33,272 bases of DNA from Gemmatimonadota bacterium (GTDB lineage: Bacteria > Gemmatimonadota > Gemmatimonadetes > Longimicrobiales > RSA9), in the NCBI GenBank assembly GCA_040905425.1, contig JBBDRO010000019.1, positions 21,547 to 54,818 on the forward strand, written 5' to 3'. The position numbers and the translations under genes were made by a program. The notes beneath the pieces were generated by a model. The model was not told the origin of the DNA, searched no databases, and worked only from the letters and a program-made list of their open reading frames with translations. Below, piece after piece: positions 1 to 8,326 of the stretch (position 1 is its first letter; each line of letters opens with the position of its first letter).

Positions 1-536
1 CCCGCGGCCCGCACGTGCGTATTCCTGGGTACGGCAATGTCGAGGCCGGGATGATCGTCTCTGGTGGTGGCGCCGATCAACAGCGGTTGCGTGATGTACC
101 CCGCGGAGCCGAGCGGCCAGGTGTCCACGATCCCGGCCGCAGGATTCTCCGATTCGTTCCCGCCGCCGGTGTCGGGCGGATCAGACTGGAGGGGGGGAAG
201 CAGGGGCAGCGAATCCCCCGCCGTGGGTGCATCGGCGCCGAGGAGCGCCCGTACGCGCTCGTACTGCGCTTCTACCTGCTCGAGCGTACGGGCCAACTCC
301 TCGAACTGTTCACGTTCCTCATGCAGCTGGGCCAGTTCCCGCTCCAGGGGGCGGACACGGCTCGCGGTCACCATGATGGGAAACATGAACGCCACCAGGA
401 AGACCACGGCCAGGACTGCGGCCGCGGCCACGCCCAGGAGGATCTTCAGCTTCCGGTAGGAGATCTCGAGGTTGCGGGTTTCGAGGTCTCCATGGGGAAC
501 GATGATGACCGTCAGCTTCCGGTCGTCGGTGGCCAT
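1..536 (-). CDS. M23-family peptidase (TM anchor + coiled coil + M23 domain), 3'-truncated by window edge; absent from ORF track
   Basis: ATG at 536 (minus), just after the parB stop. Manual translation: MATDDRKLTVIIVPHGDLETRNLEISYRKLKILLGVAAAAVLAVVFLVAFMFP...ELARTLEQVEAQYERVRALLG...WPLGSAGYITQ...HPGLDIAVPRNTHVRAA, which has the M23 HxxxD motif (HPGLD). Confidence 0.8.
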   Translation of the reverse strand, partial: MATDDRKLTVIIVPHGDLETRNLEISYRKLKILLGVAAAAVLAVVFLVAFMFPIMVTASRVRPLERELAQLHEEREQFEELARTLEQVEAQYERVRALLGADAPTAGDSLPLLPPLQSDPPDTGGGNESENPAAGIVDTWPLGSAGYITQPLLIGATTRDDHPGLDIAVPRNTHVRAA

Positions 537-543
537 GTCCGGC

Positions 544-1440
544 TCAGGAAACGACGTCGGCGGCCGGACGCCCGGCCAGCAGTTCATAGATGCGTTCGAA
601 ATCCTCGGCGCCGTAAAACGGAATCTCGATGCGGCCCTTCATCCCGCGACCGGCCCTGATCCGGGCCGCCGTTCCCAGGGCCCGCTGGAGTTCTTCCTCG
701 AGGCGGCGTTCGGCGGCGTCGCGGCGTTTCTCGGGTGCCGGCGCAGGCTTGCGTCGGGGCTGCTCCCGCTTGATGCGCGCCTCCATCTCCCGCACGCTCC
801 AGTTCTCCTCCACCGCCTGCCGTGCCATTTCCGCCATGCGCCGCTCGCTCTCCAGGCTGAGGAGGGGACGCGCGTGGCCGGCTGTGAGAAGCCCTTCCGC
901 CAGGAGCTTGCGCACGGAGCTCGGCAGTTGGAGGAGCCGCATGGCGTTGGCCACCGTGGAGCGATCGCGGCCCACCATTTCCGCGATCTCCTGCTGGGAG
1001 AGGGAGAAGTCCTGACTCAGCCGATGGAAGCTTTCCGCCTCCTCCAGCGGCGAGAGCTCGGAACGCTGCAGGTTTTCCACGAGCGCAAGCACCAGCAGCG
1101 TGCGGTCATCCACGTCCCGCACAATGGCGGGAACCTCCCGCCACTTCAGGCGGGTAACCGCGCGCCAGCGCCGCTCTCCCGCCACGAGTTCCCACGAGGC
1201 GTCGGCCTCCTTGCCCGCCGGGCGGACCACGATCGGCTGGAGAAGGCCGTTCTCCCGGATGGATGCCGTCAGTTCCGCCAGCTCCTCCTCGCCGAACTCG
1301 CGGCGCGGCTGGTAGGGGTTCGGAACGATCTTGCCGACCGGCAGCATCCGGCTCTGGGCACCCTCGGTCTCCGCCTCGCCCAGGTAATCTCCCAGGAGGG
1401 CGCCGAGCCCCTTTCCCAGTCGGCGGTCCTGCTTACTCAT
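544..1440 (-). CDS. parB: ParB/Spo0J chromosome partitioning protein
   Basis: LGKGLGALL N-terminus, PNPYQPR, GLLQPIVVR, AGERRWRA CTP-binding motif, ENLQR, HTH region RSTVANAMRLL; ATGA overlap with parA. Confidence 0.97.
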   Translation of the reverse strand: MSKQDRRLGKGLGALLGDYLGEAETEGAQSRMLPVGKIVPNPYQPRREFGEEELAELTASIRENGLLQPIVVRPAGKEADASWELVAGERRWRAVTRLKWREVPAIVRDVDDRTLLVLALVENLQRSELSPLEEAESFHRLSQDFSLSQQEIAEMVGRDRSTVANAMRLLQLPSSVRKLLAEGLLTAGHARPLLSLESERRMAEMARQAVEENWSVREMEARIKREQPRRKPAPAPEKRRDAAERRLEEELQRALGTAARIRAGRGMKGRIEIPFYGAEDFERIYELLAGRPAADVVS

Positions 1441-2252
1441 CCTGCCGCCGGGGTGGGACCGCTGCCGCGCACGCTATCCTCGGCGCGGCGATCCCGATCG
1501 ATGATTTCCCGCGCGAGCGCCAGGTAACTCTGCGCCCCGGCGGAGAGTACGTCATAGAGGACGATCGGCTTACCGAAGCTCGGCGCCTCGGCCAGCCGGA
1601 CGTTGCGCGGAATCACGCTCTCGTAGACGCGATTGCCGAAGTACTCCTTGGCTTCCTCGGCCACCTGCCTGGAGAGATTCAGACGCTGGTCGAACATGGT
1701 CAGGAGCACCCCCTCGATCTGCAACCGCGGGTTGAGGTTCTGCTGCACCAGCCGAACCGTGTTGAGCAGCTGCGAGAGACCCTCGAGTGCGTAGAACTCA
1801 CACTGGATCGGGATGAGCACGGCGTCGGCCGCGGCCAGGGTGTTCAGGGTGAGGAGGCCGAGCGAGGGTGGGCAGTCCACCAGAATGTAGTCGTACTCCT
1901 CGCGATGCAGCGTGAGCGCCTTGCGCAGGATCAACTCGCGACCCGGGCGATCCACGAGCTCCACTTCGGCGCCCACCAGGTCCTGGCTGGACGGCACCAC
2001 GTCGAGCGTGGGGAAATGAACCTCGCGGCGTACGATCTCGGTGAGCGGCGTGCCCTCTACCAGGACGTCGTAGACCGACGCGTCCACGCTCTGGCGGTCG
2101 ATGCCCAGGCCGCTGGTGGCGTTCCCCTGGGGATCCATATCCACCACGAGCGTGCGCTGCTCGGCCACGGCCAGACCGGCGCCCAGGTTGATGGCGGTGG
2201 TGGTCTTGCCGACACCGCCCTTCTGATTGGCGATCGCGATGATCCGGGACAT
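1437..2252 (-). CDS. parA: ParA/Soj ATPase
   Basis: MSRIIAIANQKGGVGKTT deviant Walker A, DPQGNATSGLG, DCPPSLG, IPRNVRLAEAPSFG; start set at ATG 2252 behind an AGGAG SD. Confidence 0.97.
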   Translation of the reverse strand: MSRIIAIANQKGGVGKTTTAINLGAGLAVAEQRTLVVDMDPQGNATSGLGIDRQSVDASVYDVLVEGTPLTEIVRREVHFPTLDVVPSSQDLVGAEVELVDRPGRELILRKALTLHREEYDYILVDCPPSLGLLTLNTLAAADAVLIPIQCEFYALEGLSQLLNTVRLVQQNLNPRLQIEGVLLTMFDQRLNLSRQVAEEAKEYFGNRVYESVIPRNVRLAEAPSFGKPIVLYDVLSAGAQSYLALAREIIDRDRRAEDSVRGSGPTPAAG

Positions 2253-2282
2253 GTACTCCTGAGCGTGGGCGAAAGGAGGTCG

Positions 2283-2311
2283 AATATACCCGCCTCGCAC
2301 GCGCGCGTAAA
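2283..2311 (-). promoter_or_regulatory. Putative sigma70 promoter of parAB
   Basis: Minus strand TTTACG-17 bp-TATATT, about 30 nt upstream of the parA ATG. Confidence 0.55.
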
Positions 2312-2393
2312 GCGTGTTTCGGGCCACCAGGATGCTTGACCGGGACGGGAGGACCGCGGAGATTCACCCTCCCATCCACGCAGGAGAGGCTAC

Positions 2394-2888
2394 ATGAAGC
2401 ACGTGTCTGGTGTGCGCTCGAACGTCGGGGTGGTCGCGGCCTGCGCGCTGCTGGCGGGTGCGGCGCTTGCCTGTGGTGGCAACGACCCGGGTGGCCCGGA
2501 TGGTGAGTTTCCGGCTGATCTAGTGGGCCAGTGGTTGGCCAACCAGGCGTGCCTCCCCCAGGGGTGCGCGTTCACACTCTACGATGTGACCAACCCGGCC
2601 GACAGTCTCAACATCGTCAGCGGTAGTGTCAGCATCAGCATGCTGGTGCAGAGTACCGGGCGGATCATCCTCACCATCCCCGGCTTTCCCAGCAGTGAGG
2701 GGACCGCGCGCGTGACCGGCAGCCGGATGTACATCGAGGCCACGCAGCGGACGGACACGGTGGACTTTGCCTTCACCGGGGGCATGCTCCACCTCGACTT
2801 CCAGAGCCACTTCGACAACTTCGACGTAGACGGGGATCAGGTGGCCGACTTGACGCGCGCCCGCGCGGTGTTCAGGCGCGAGTCGTAG
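2394..2888 (+). CDS. Hypothetical lipoprotein (beta-rich)
   Basis: AGGAG SD, hydrophobic signal ending ALA-C lipobox, LVGQW start of a beta-rich domain, acidic FDVDGD loop near the C-terminus. Confidence 0.75.
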   Translation: MKHVSGVRSNVGVVAACALLAGAALACGGNDPGGPDGEFPADLVGQWLANQACLPQGCAFTLYDVTNPADSLNIVSGSVSISMLVQSTGRIILTIPGFPSSEGTARVTGSRMYIEATQRTDTVDFAFTGGMLHLDFQSHFDNFDVDGDQVADLTRARAVFRRES

Positions 2889-2893
2889 GGTAA

Positions 2894-2940
2894 TCCCTAC
2901 ATGATGGGGCTCTGGTGGCGGCACCCACGACATATTGTGG
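2894..2940. promoter_or_regulatory. Tandem NrdR-box-like operators
   Basis: TCCCTACATGATGGGG (2894-2909) and CCACGACATATTGTGG (2925-2940) resemble the consensus acaCwAtATaTwGtg; starts are 31 bp apart. Confidence 0.5.
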
Positions 2941-2969
2941 TTTTTTGATCCTGGACTCCGCTCGGTCTC

Positions 2970-2985
2970 TGTTTCACGTGAAACA
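2970..2985. promoter_or_regulatory. parS centromere site 1 (perfect)
   Basis: TGTTTCACGTGAAACA, exact 16-bp parS consensus palindrome, near parAB and oriC. Confidence 0.95.
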
Positions 2986-3044
2986 GGGGCGTCTCGCTTC
3001 CGTCGTTCTCGGCTGGGTTCGCTCAGATGCAACCTTCGCTGCAA

Positions 3045-3109
3045 TGCACGAAGCCGCCCTGCCCCTCCTCTGACGTGCACGAGGCCGCCTTCTCCCACCT
3101 GCCCTGACG
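3045..3109. repeat. Imperfect ~31-34 bp tandem duplication
   Basis: TGCACGAAGCCGCCCT...CTGACG (3045-3075) followed by TGCACGAGGCCGCCTT...CTGACG (3076-3109). Confidence 0.5.
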
Positions 3110-3254
3110 GCTCACGCCCACGGCGTTCCCGCAGGCGGGTTCTTGTCTGCCCCGATCCACGCCAACCTCCGTAACGGCCTCCGCTCACACCTGTCTCCGG
3201 ATGTCAGCCCCTATCCAGGCGTTCCATATCCTGAGTGCGCCGGATCACGCATCA

Positions 3255-3424
3255 GCTAGTGATGTGTCGCAGAAGTCCCGTGTCGCACCGAGGGGCCGGA
3301 TGCGCCCGGCCAGCTAGGCGCGAGGAGGAGAGCATAGCCGTAGCTATGCCGACGACGAGCAACGACGCTGGCTGGGATGCAGCCGGTTCCGAATGCAACG
3401 TGACTTCTGCGACACATCACTAGC
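3255..3424. mobile_element. 170-nt MITE-like palindromic element (IS630-like CTAG ends) able to form a rod hairpin
   Basis: Perfect 23-bp inverted repeats GCTAGTGATGTGTCGCAGAAGTC (3255-3277) / GACTTCTGCGACACATCACTAGC (3402-3424). Inner stems at 3292-3299/3383-3390, 3305-3314/3367-3376 and 3332-3338/3343-3349. No transposase. Confidence 0.55.
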
Positions 3425-3646
3425 CTCGACCGGCCGTGGCCGTGGACGGCCAGCGCCTGTTCGGAGGGCCGCCACCCGGTGACTCCGGACCCACCACACT
3501 CCCCTTTCGATGCCTTCCAGGGTTCGATCCCATCATGGGGCGTGCGCCAGTCCCGTGACCACAACCGGATCCACCGCTTCAGGCCTTCGACCGCCTCCTC
3601 GCTGCCGCGCTCGCTCAACGCAGGCACCCTACCGATCACACCGGCC

Positions 3647-3804
3647 GGCTTTATCCGGACGTAGGGGGGAGCGGAAGTTGGCCGCATCGTTTTCCCTCCT
3701 CGAATGGCGAACCCGGCCCGTGTCGGGCTTCATCCACGCGTACCGAAGGGCGGAACCTGGCCACATCGTTTTCCCCCCTCGAACGTCGGACCCGGCCCGT
3801 GTAC
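3647..3804. repeat. 79-bp tandem duplication
   Basis: Cores 3671-3723 and 3750-3802 match at 46 of 53 positions; the upstream GGCTTyATCC-CGTA part also recurs with period 79. Confidence 0.9.
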
Positions 3805-4043
3805 CGACCCCTCCATTCGCCGGCCTTCCCGGCGAGCCGGACTCCACAACCACTTCACTGCTCCAACGCCACGCGGCGGCGTTACGCCTTCGTTATCCGC
3901 ACCCTGTCGCTGTGTGGCGCATCACGTGCTCCCTGGTGCTCCCTGGCGGACGGGTGCCCTTCTGGTCCAACAGCCATTAATCTGCGGCGGTGCCGATGGG
4001 GCCCGTGCTCGGCCAGGCACCCAATGGCCTGAAGAAATTGACG

Positions 4044-4059
4044 TGTTTCACGTGAAACG
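4044..4059. promoter_or_regulatory. parS centromere site 2
   Basis: TGTTTCACGTGAAACG, one terminal mismatch to consensus. Confidence 0.92.
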
Positions 4060-4374
4060 TCCGGCCATTCCGCGGCCGCATGCCGACGCAAGCGCTCCTG
4101 CCGGGAGCGCCGCCGCGTAGGGTGCAGCTGCTCTCACCGCCCCGACGCAGGCTATCCCGATCCCTTTCGCCGAGATGGCGCGGCAGATGCCCACGCTCCC
4201 TGCGGCCGGAAATTGGCGACCGGCCGATCGAAGCTTGCCGCCGGGACCTCGCCGGTGAGAAGCGCACATGGGGGAGGCCACGCAGAGGATACGGGGGTGG
4301 AAGCGGTTGCGGCGGCATCGGGGGTCGGTCACCTGCGGAGGGGGGCCGGCCGGCCAGGGACAGCGATTCTGAAC

Positions 4375-4468
4375 GGCGTCCTGGCCGCCTCCCAACAGGC
4401 GTCCCGACAGGCGTCCCGGCCGTCATCCTGACCGGTGTCCTGGCCGGTAACCATGCCAACCCCTGGCC
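4375..4468. repeat. Degenerate 12-bp tandem array (~8 units)
   Basis: GGCGTCCTGGCC, GCCTCCCAACA, GGCGTCCCGACA, GGCGTCCCGGCC, GTCATCCTGACC, GGTGTCCTGGCC, GGTAACCATGCC, AACCCCTGGCC. Confidence 0.7.
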
Positions 4469-5023
4469 AATCGCACCGAGGCCTGCCGCCGCACAAGCCC
4501 CTCGATCGCCTGGTGGATCAGGCACACGTCCCTGCGCACCGATGGACACGGTTCTCGCCTGCCACCCCAACTCCCCCACTCTGCAGCATCCTGGCGATAC
4601 ATCCCCGCGGCAAGCCCGCTGAGCGTCCGGATCCTGTCCGTAAGGTCGACGCAGGAGCGCCCGCTGGAGCCATGACGCTCCGCGCCTGCCTCGAGAACGC
4701 CAATCGCCCTCCAGCCCATGTACGGTATCTATTCGGGTCCATGTACACCGTATTCGTGTACTCTAGCACGCTCCACAAGCAGCGCCGATGTATTCGCGAA
4801 GGGGAAAGTGCGTCCAGATAGGCTATTTTCGTCCACGGCCGCATAAAACCCGAATACAGGTCGGGCGCGCATCCGGGGTCTCGAGCCTCCCCGATTCCGG
4901 GCTTCGGTGACGTCCCGGGTCGCCGCGGTCCGATCGCGTTGCCGGTCCACCCCCTGCATGTAGACACCCGCGGTGATCATCAGGAGCTGGTCGAACGCAG
5001 ACATCGGCGCAAGGTTGTCAGGC

Positions 5024-5323
5024 ATGGAATCAGGGGAGGAAATAACCGTGGAGCGCTTCGAAGTCCGTGGCCGGGTCCAGGGAGTGGGCTTCCGCTACTG
5101 GACGCTCCGGACCGCACGCTCACTCGGCGTCCGCGGCACGGTGCGCAACCGGCCCGACGGCGCGGTTGAGGTCACGGCTGCCGGAGAGCGGCAGGCCCTC
5201 CTGGCGCTGCGCGACGCACTCGCCGAGGGCCCGCCGGGCGCCCATGTAACCGACGTGCGCCGCCTGGACGAGACCGCGCCAGCGGAGGTGGAGCTTGGGG
5301 ACCGCTTCGAGATCATCCGCTAG
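5024..5323 (+). CDS. acyP: Acylphosphatase
   Basis: GRVQGVGFR and VRNRPDGAVE motifs, GPPGAHV, C-terminal FEII; alternative start is GTG 5048 behind GGAGG. Confidence 0.95.
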   Translation: MESGEEITVERFEVRGRVQGVGFRYWTLRTARSLGVRGTVRNRPDGAVEVTAAGERQALLALRDALAEGPPGAHVTDVRRLDETAPAEVELGDRFEIIR

Positions 5324-5362
5324 CGGACCCTGTCGTCCAACCCACCTCCAACGGCACAGCTG

Positions 5363-5395
5363 AAAAGGGGCGGGACCGCCGCAGTGGCCCGCCCC
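5363..5395 (-). terminator. Intrinsic terminator downstream of yidC (possibly bidirectional)
   Basis: GGGGCGGG/CCCGCCCC stem (5367-5374/5388-5395) followed by TTTT on the minus strand, between convergent acyP and yidC. Confidence 0.75.
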
Positions 5396-5431
5396 CTCTA
5401 CTCGCGTGCTGCCGGATGCCTCCAGCCGCGG

Positions 5432-7171
5432 CTATTTGCGGTTCTCCAGGGTCCGTTTTCGTTCCCGCACCGTGAGGATCTGCTGAGGGATGGAAGCCAG
5501 GTTCATGGTGGCGTAATACAGGTTCAACCCCGACGCGAAGTTCAGGAAGATGACCGTCATGAAGATGGGCATGAAGTACATCATCATCTTCATCTGCGGG
5601 TTGTCTCCCGCCACGGGGCGCATGACCCACTGCATGAGGAACATGCTGACGCCCAGGAGCACCGGCAGCAGGTAGTACGGATCCGGCCGCGACAGGTCCG
5701 GCAGCCAGAGAAAGTCCACGCCGCGGAATTCGATGGTGGCCTGGAAGACGAAGAACAGGGCAATCAGCACGGGGAAGGGAATCAGCACGGGCAGGCAACC
5801 GCCCATGGGGTTGAAACCCTCCTCCTTGTAGAGACGCATCATCTCCTTCTGCGTCTGCTCCGGATTGCCCTTGTGCTTGGTCTGGATCTCCTTGATGCGT
5901 GGCTGCAGCTCCATGGTCTTGAGCTGCGAGCGGGCCGCCTTGGCGTTGAGTGGCCAGAGCACCACGCGGATGAGCACGCCGAAGAGGATCAGCACCCAGC
6001 CGTAGCCCAGCCCCAGCACGTTGTGCATTTCGAGCAGCGCCCACGTCACGAAGCGCGCGACGGGCTGGATGATCGGCCGCAGAAAGCGCCAGCCGAGCTG
6101 ATTCACATCGCCGAAATCGTATCCCACCGCGGCCAGCCGACCGGGGTCCTGCGGGCCCAGATACAGGCGGTAGGAAAAGGCGGCGCGGTCCGAGCCCCGA
6201 TTCAGGTAGGCGGTCAGGTTGGCGGTGGCCGCCGAGTCTCCGGGCGTCACCTCCACGCTGCTCAGCGGCACCGTACCGTCCTGGCCCCGCAGGACGGCCA
6301 CGACGAAGTATTTGCTGCGCAGCGCCACCCAGTGGAACGGGCCCTCGCGCACCGTGGCTTCGTCCACCGAACGCAGCGGTGTGGACTGGATCCCTTCGCG
6401 CGAGCCGTTGACCACCATGGCGCGCTCGCGAATGTCCTCGTCCGGATTGGCCTCGTTGGAGGCCAGGGTGGGGCCCAGGTCGAGCAGCAGACGCTGGGGC
6501 ACGTCTCCCACACCCGTGAGATAGACCCAGCTGTCCACCACGTACTCACTGCTTCGGAAGGCATAGCCCAGGACCAGTTGCGCACGGCCATCCGGACCGT
6601 TCCAGGTAAAGCGCAGCGTGTCGGGACCAGCCCCCTCACCGAGCTGGAGGCCGCCGGCCGGCTCGACCTGGAACTCCAACGCCGCGAGATCCAGGACCTG
6701 CTCGCCCACGCGCATGCGCGGCCGGACGAGCGTGCGCCCCTCCGGCACGAGTTCCACCGGAGGCCGCTCCTCCTCCTCGAGGTCCTCCGAGTAGTCGTTG
6801 TGACCCAGCACCTGGAGGCTCAGCAGACCAGCGCCGCGGGTACTGAAGCCGTAGCGGTAGAGGGGGGATTCGACCCAGACCGTGTCGCCGAGCACAGCGG
6901 CGCCTGGCGTGGCGGGATCCGCGGTGGTCGGCAGCTGGCCGGCGGGCGCCGCGGCGCTCTCAGCCGGCAACCCCGTCAGCGGACTCTCCGTCTCCGCGGC
7001 TGGCTCCGTGGGCAACGCCGTATCCAGGGCCACGGGCGCGGAATCCACGACCACCACACTGTCGGACACCGCGTCCGGCCTCGGCACCGGGTCCGGCGCG
7101 AACAGGATGTTGGTGACCACCATGACCGCGATCATGAGGATCACCGCCAGCACGAACCTGCCGCTATCCAT
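5432..7171 (-). CDS. yidC: Membrane protein insertase YidC
   Basis: N-terminal TM, large periplasmic domain, YLGP, GGCLPVL, FLWLPDLSRPDPY, SGLNLYY; canonical position after yidD. Confidence 0.97.
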   Translation of the reverse strand: MDSGRFVLAVILMIAVMVVTNILFAPDPVPRPDAVSDSVVVVDSAPVALDTALPTEPAAETESPLTGLPAESAAAPAGQLPTTADPATPGAAVLGDTVWVESPLYRYGFSTRGAGLLSLQVLGHNDYSEDLEEEERPPVELVPEGRTLVRPRMRVGEQVLDLAALEFQVEPAGGLQLGEGAGPDTLRFTWNGPDGRAQLVLGYAFRSSEYVVDSWVYLTGVGDVPQRLLLDLGPTLASNEANPDEDIRERAMVVNGSREGIQSTPLRSVDEATVREGPFHWVALRSKYFVVAVLRGQDGTVPLSSVEVTPGDSAATANLTAYLNRGSDRAAFSYRLYLGPQDPGRLAAVGYDFGDVNQLGWRFLRPIIQPVARFVTWALLEMHNVLGLGYGWVLILFGVLIRVVLWPLNAKAARSQLKTMELQPRIKEIQTKHKGNPEQTQKEMMRLYKEEGFNPMGGCLPVLIPFPVLIALFFVFQATIEFRGVDFLWLPDLSRPDPYYLLPVLLGVSMFLMQWVMRPVAGDNPQMKMMMYFMPIFMTVIFLNFASGLNLYYATMNLASIPQQILTVRERKRTLENRK

Positions 7172-7262
7172 TGCTCACCATCTATTGCCGGGCACGCGTA
7201 CGCGCCAGGTCATCGGCCACTCGGGGGCAACCCGCCACTTCGCGGCGCCCCATGCTGTCTCT

Positions 7263-7475
7263 CTATGGAACGGGATCATGCCCGGTTCCACCCCACGGGT
7301 GACAACGTAGCACGCGCCGCAGAGCCAGCCAGCTACCCCTGCCCGCACCGTGCGTGCGCAGCGCCTCCGCGGCGTACTCCGAACACGTCGGAGTGAAGCG
7401 GCAGGACGGCGGCAGATACGGTGACACCGCCTGCTGATAGAACCGTATCAGGAGGAGGAGGGCACGTGCGACCAT
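7263..7475 (-). CDS. yidD: Membrane protein insertion efficiency factor YidD
   Basis: [34 protein letters not shown]; start ATG 7475 behind GGAGGAG. Confidence 0.96.
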   Translation of the reverse strand: MVARALLLLIRFYQQAVSPYLPPSCRFTPTCSEYAAEALRTHGAGRGSWLALRRVLRCHPWGGTGHDPVP

Positions 7476-7834
7476 TGCTCCTCCAGCCAACCGTTCAGTT
7501 CCCCGCGTAGCGCCTCGAAGCTGGCGTCGTAGACCTCCCGGCGCGCCCGGACCAGGACGTCCAGCGCAACGCCGGCCGCATTCAGTCGCGGCAAGACCTC
7601 CAAACGCAGGGCCTCGCGCAGGCGGCGCTTCACCAGGTTCCTCTCGACGATCGAGTGCCGGTGCCGCGGGACCACCAAGCCTACCCTTGAACGCGCTGCG
7701 GGGGAAGCCGATGCAAAGACGTCCAGATGGGCCGTCCTGCTCTTCTTCCCCCGGCGCAACAGCGCGCGGATCTCTCCGCCGCGCGTGATCCGACGTGAAC
7801 GCGGCAGCCGGTACCGGTCGGGCGGCACCGCCAC
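7448..7834 (-). CDS. rnpA: Ribonuclease P protein component
   Basis: [28 protein letters not shown] (RNR-like motif); located between rpmH and yidD. Confidence 0.93.
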   Translation of the reverse strand: MAVPPDRYRLPRSRRITRGGEIRALLRRGKKSRTAHLDVFASASPAARSRVGLVVPRHRHSIVERNLVKRRLREALRLEVLPRLNAAGVALDVLVRARREVYDASFEALRGELNGWLEEQWSHVPSSS

Positions 7835-7844
7835 CGGAACCGTC

Positions 7845-8000
7845 CTACTTCTTCGCGCCCACCTCGACGGTGAGCCGCTTGCGGCCCTTCCGGCGGCGGC
7901 GGTTCAGCACGAGGCGCCCGGCGGCCGTGCTCATGCGCGCGCGGAAACCGTGCTTGTTCTTGCGCTTACGATTGCGCGGATTGTACGTGGGCTTGCCCAT
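7845..8000 (-). CDS. rpmH: 50S ribosomal protein L34
   Basis: [51 protein letters not shown]. Confidence 0.97.
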   Translation of the reverse strand: MGKPTYNPRNRKRKNKHGFRARMSTAAGRLVLNRRRRKGRKRLTVEVGAKK

Positions 8001-8036
8001 GTCATGCTCCAGATCTGGTCGCCAGCAAAGATATTT

Positions 8037-8066
8037 ACTATAGCGGCGGACCCCGGGCGCGGTCAA
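8037..8066 (-). promoter_or_regulatory. sigma70 promoter of the rpmH operon
   Basis: Minus strand TTGACC-18 bp-TATAGT. Confidence 0.7.
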
Positions 8067-8167
8067 CCGTCGGAGGCCCCGGTGGCAACGACGGTGGCCG
8101 CTGGCCGGCCGCACACCCGGCGGGGTGGACCTTCCTCTTGCGCGGCCCGTGCCGGACCCCGCTTCGG

Positions 8168-8196
8168 TTGACTTATCCACAGGCGGCCTCTAGTCT
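8168..8196 (+). promoter_or_regulatory. dnaA sigma70 promoter with overlapping DnaA box
   Basis: TTGACT (8168-8173)-17 bp-TAGTCT (8191-8196); perfect DnaA box TTATCCACA at 8173-8181. Confidence 0.8.
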
Positions 8197-8326
8197 CTTC
8201 CGGCGGATCGGGGGCGGTCCGCCGACGGTTCCTTGCCGCACGGTTCCGTATGGTGCCACGCCGCCGGTCTTCGCGGGTTGCCGGGATCTTCCCGGCCCAC
8301 GTAGCCACGCCCTGCCACCCGACGAG

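Noticed and set aside
15..659. Plus-strand ORFs 15-659 and 64-459
   Set aside because: Antisense shadows of the minus-strand M23 gene and parB; no recognisable motifs
2885..2900. GTAGGG-TAAT-CCCTAC hairpin at the lipoprotein stop as a terminator
   Set aside because: Only 6 bp with no adjacent U-tract; it overlaps the first NrdR-like box
3647..3804. 79-bp repeat as a CRISPR array
   Set aside because: Only two units, the putative spacers resemble each other, and there are no cas genes
3893..3901. TTATCCGCA as a DnaA box
   Set aside because: Isolated, with a mismatch in the conserved core; plausible by chance
2520..4967. Many 60-220 aa ORFs in the parS block, some containing VSRET or FHVK
   Set aside because: Pro/Arg-rich, no domain features; VSRET and FHVK are just translations of the parS palindrome
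8138..8326. N-terminal extensions of DnaA (and likewise DnaN, ParA, Rho, RpmH) in the ORF track
   Set aside because: They cover promoter, origin or leader DNA; family homology begins at downstream starts
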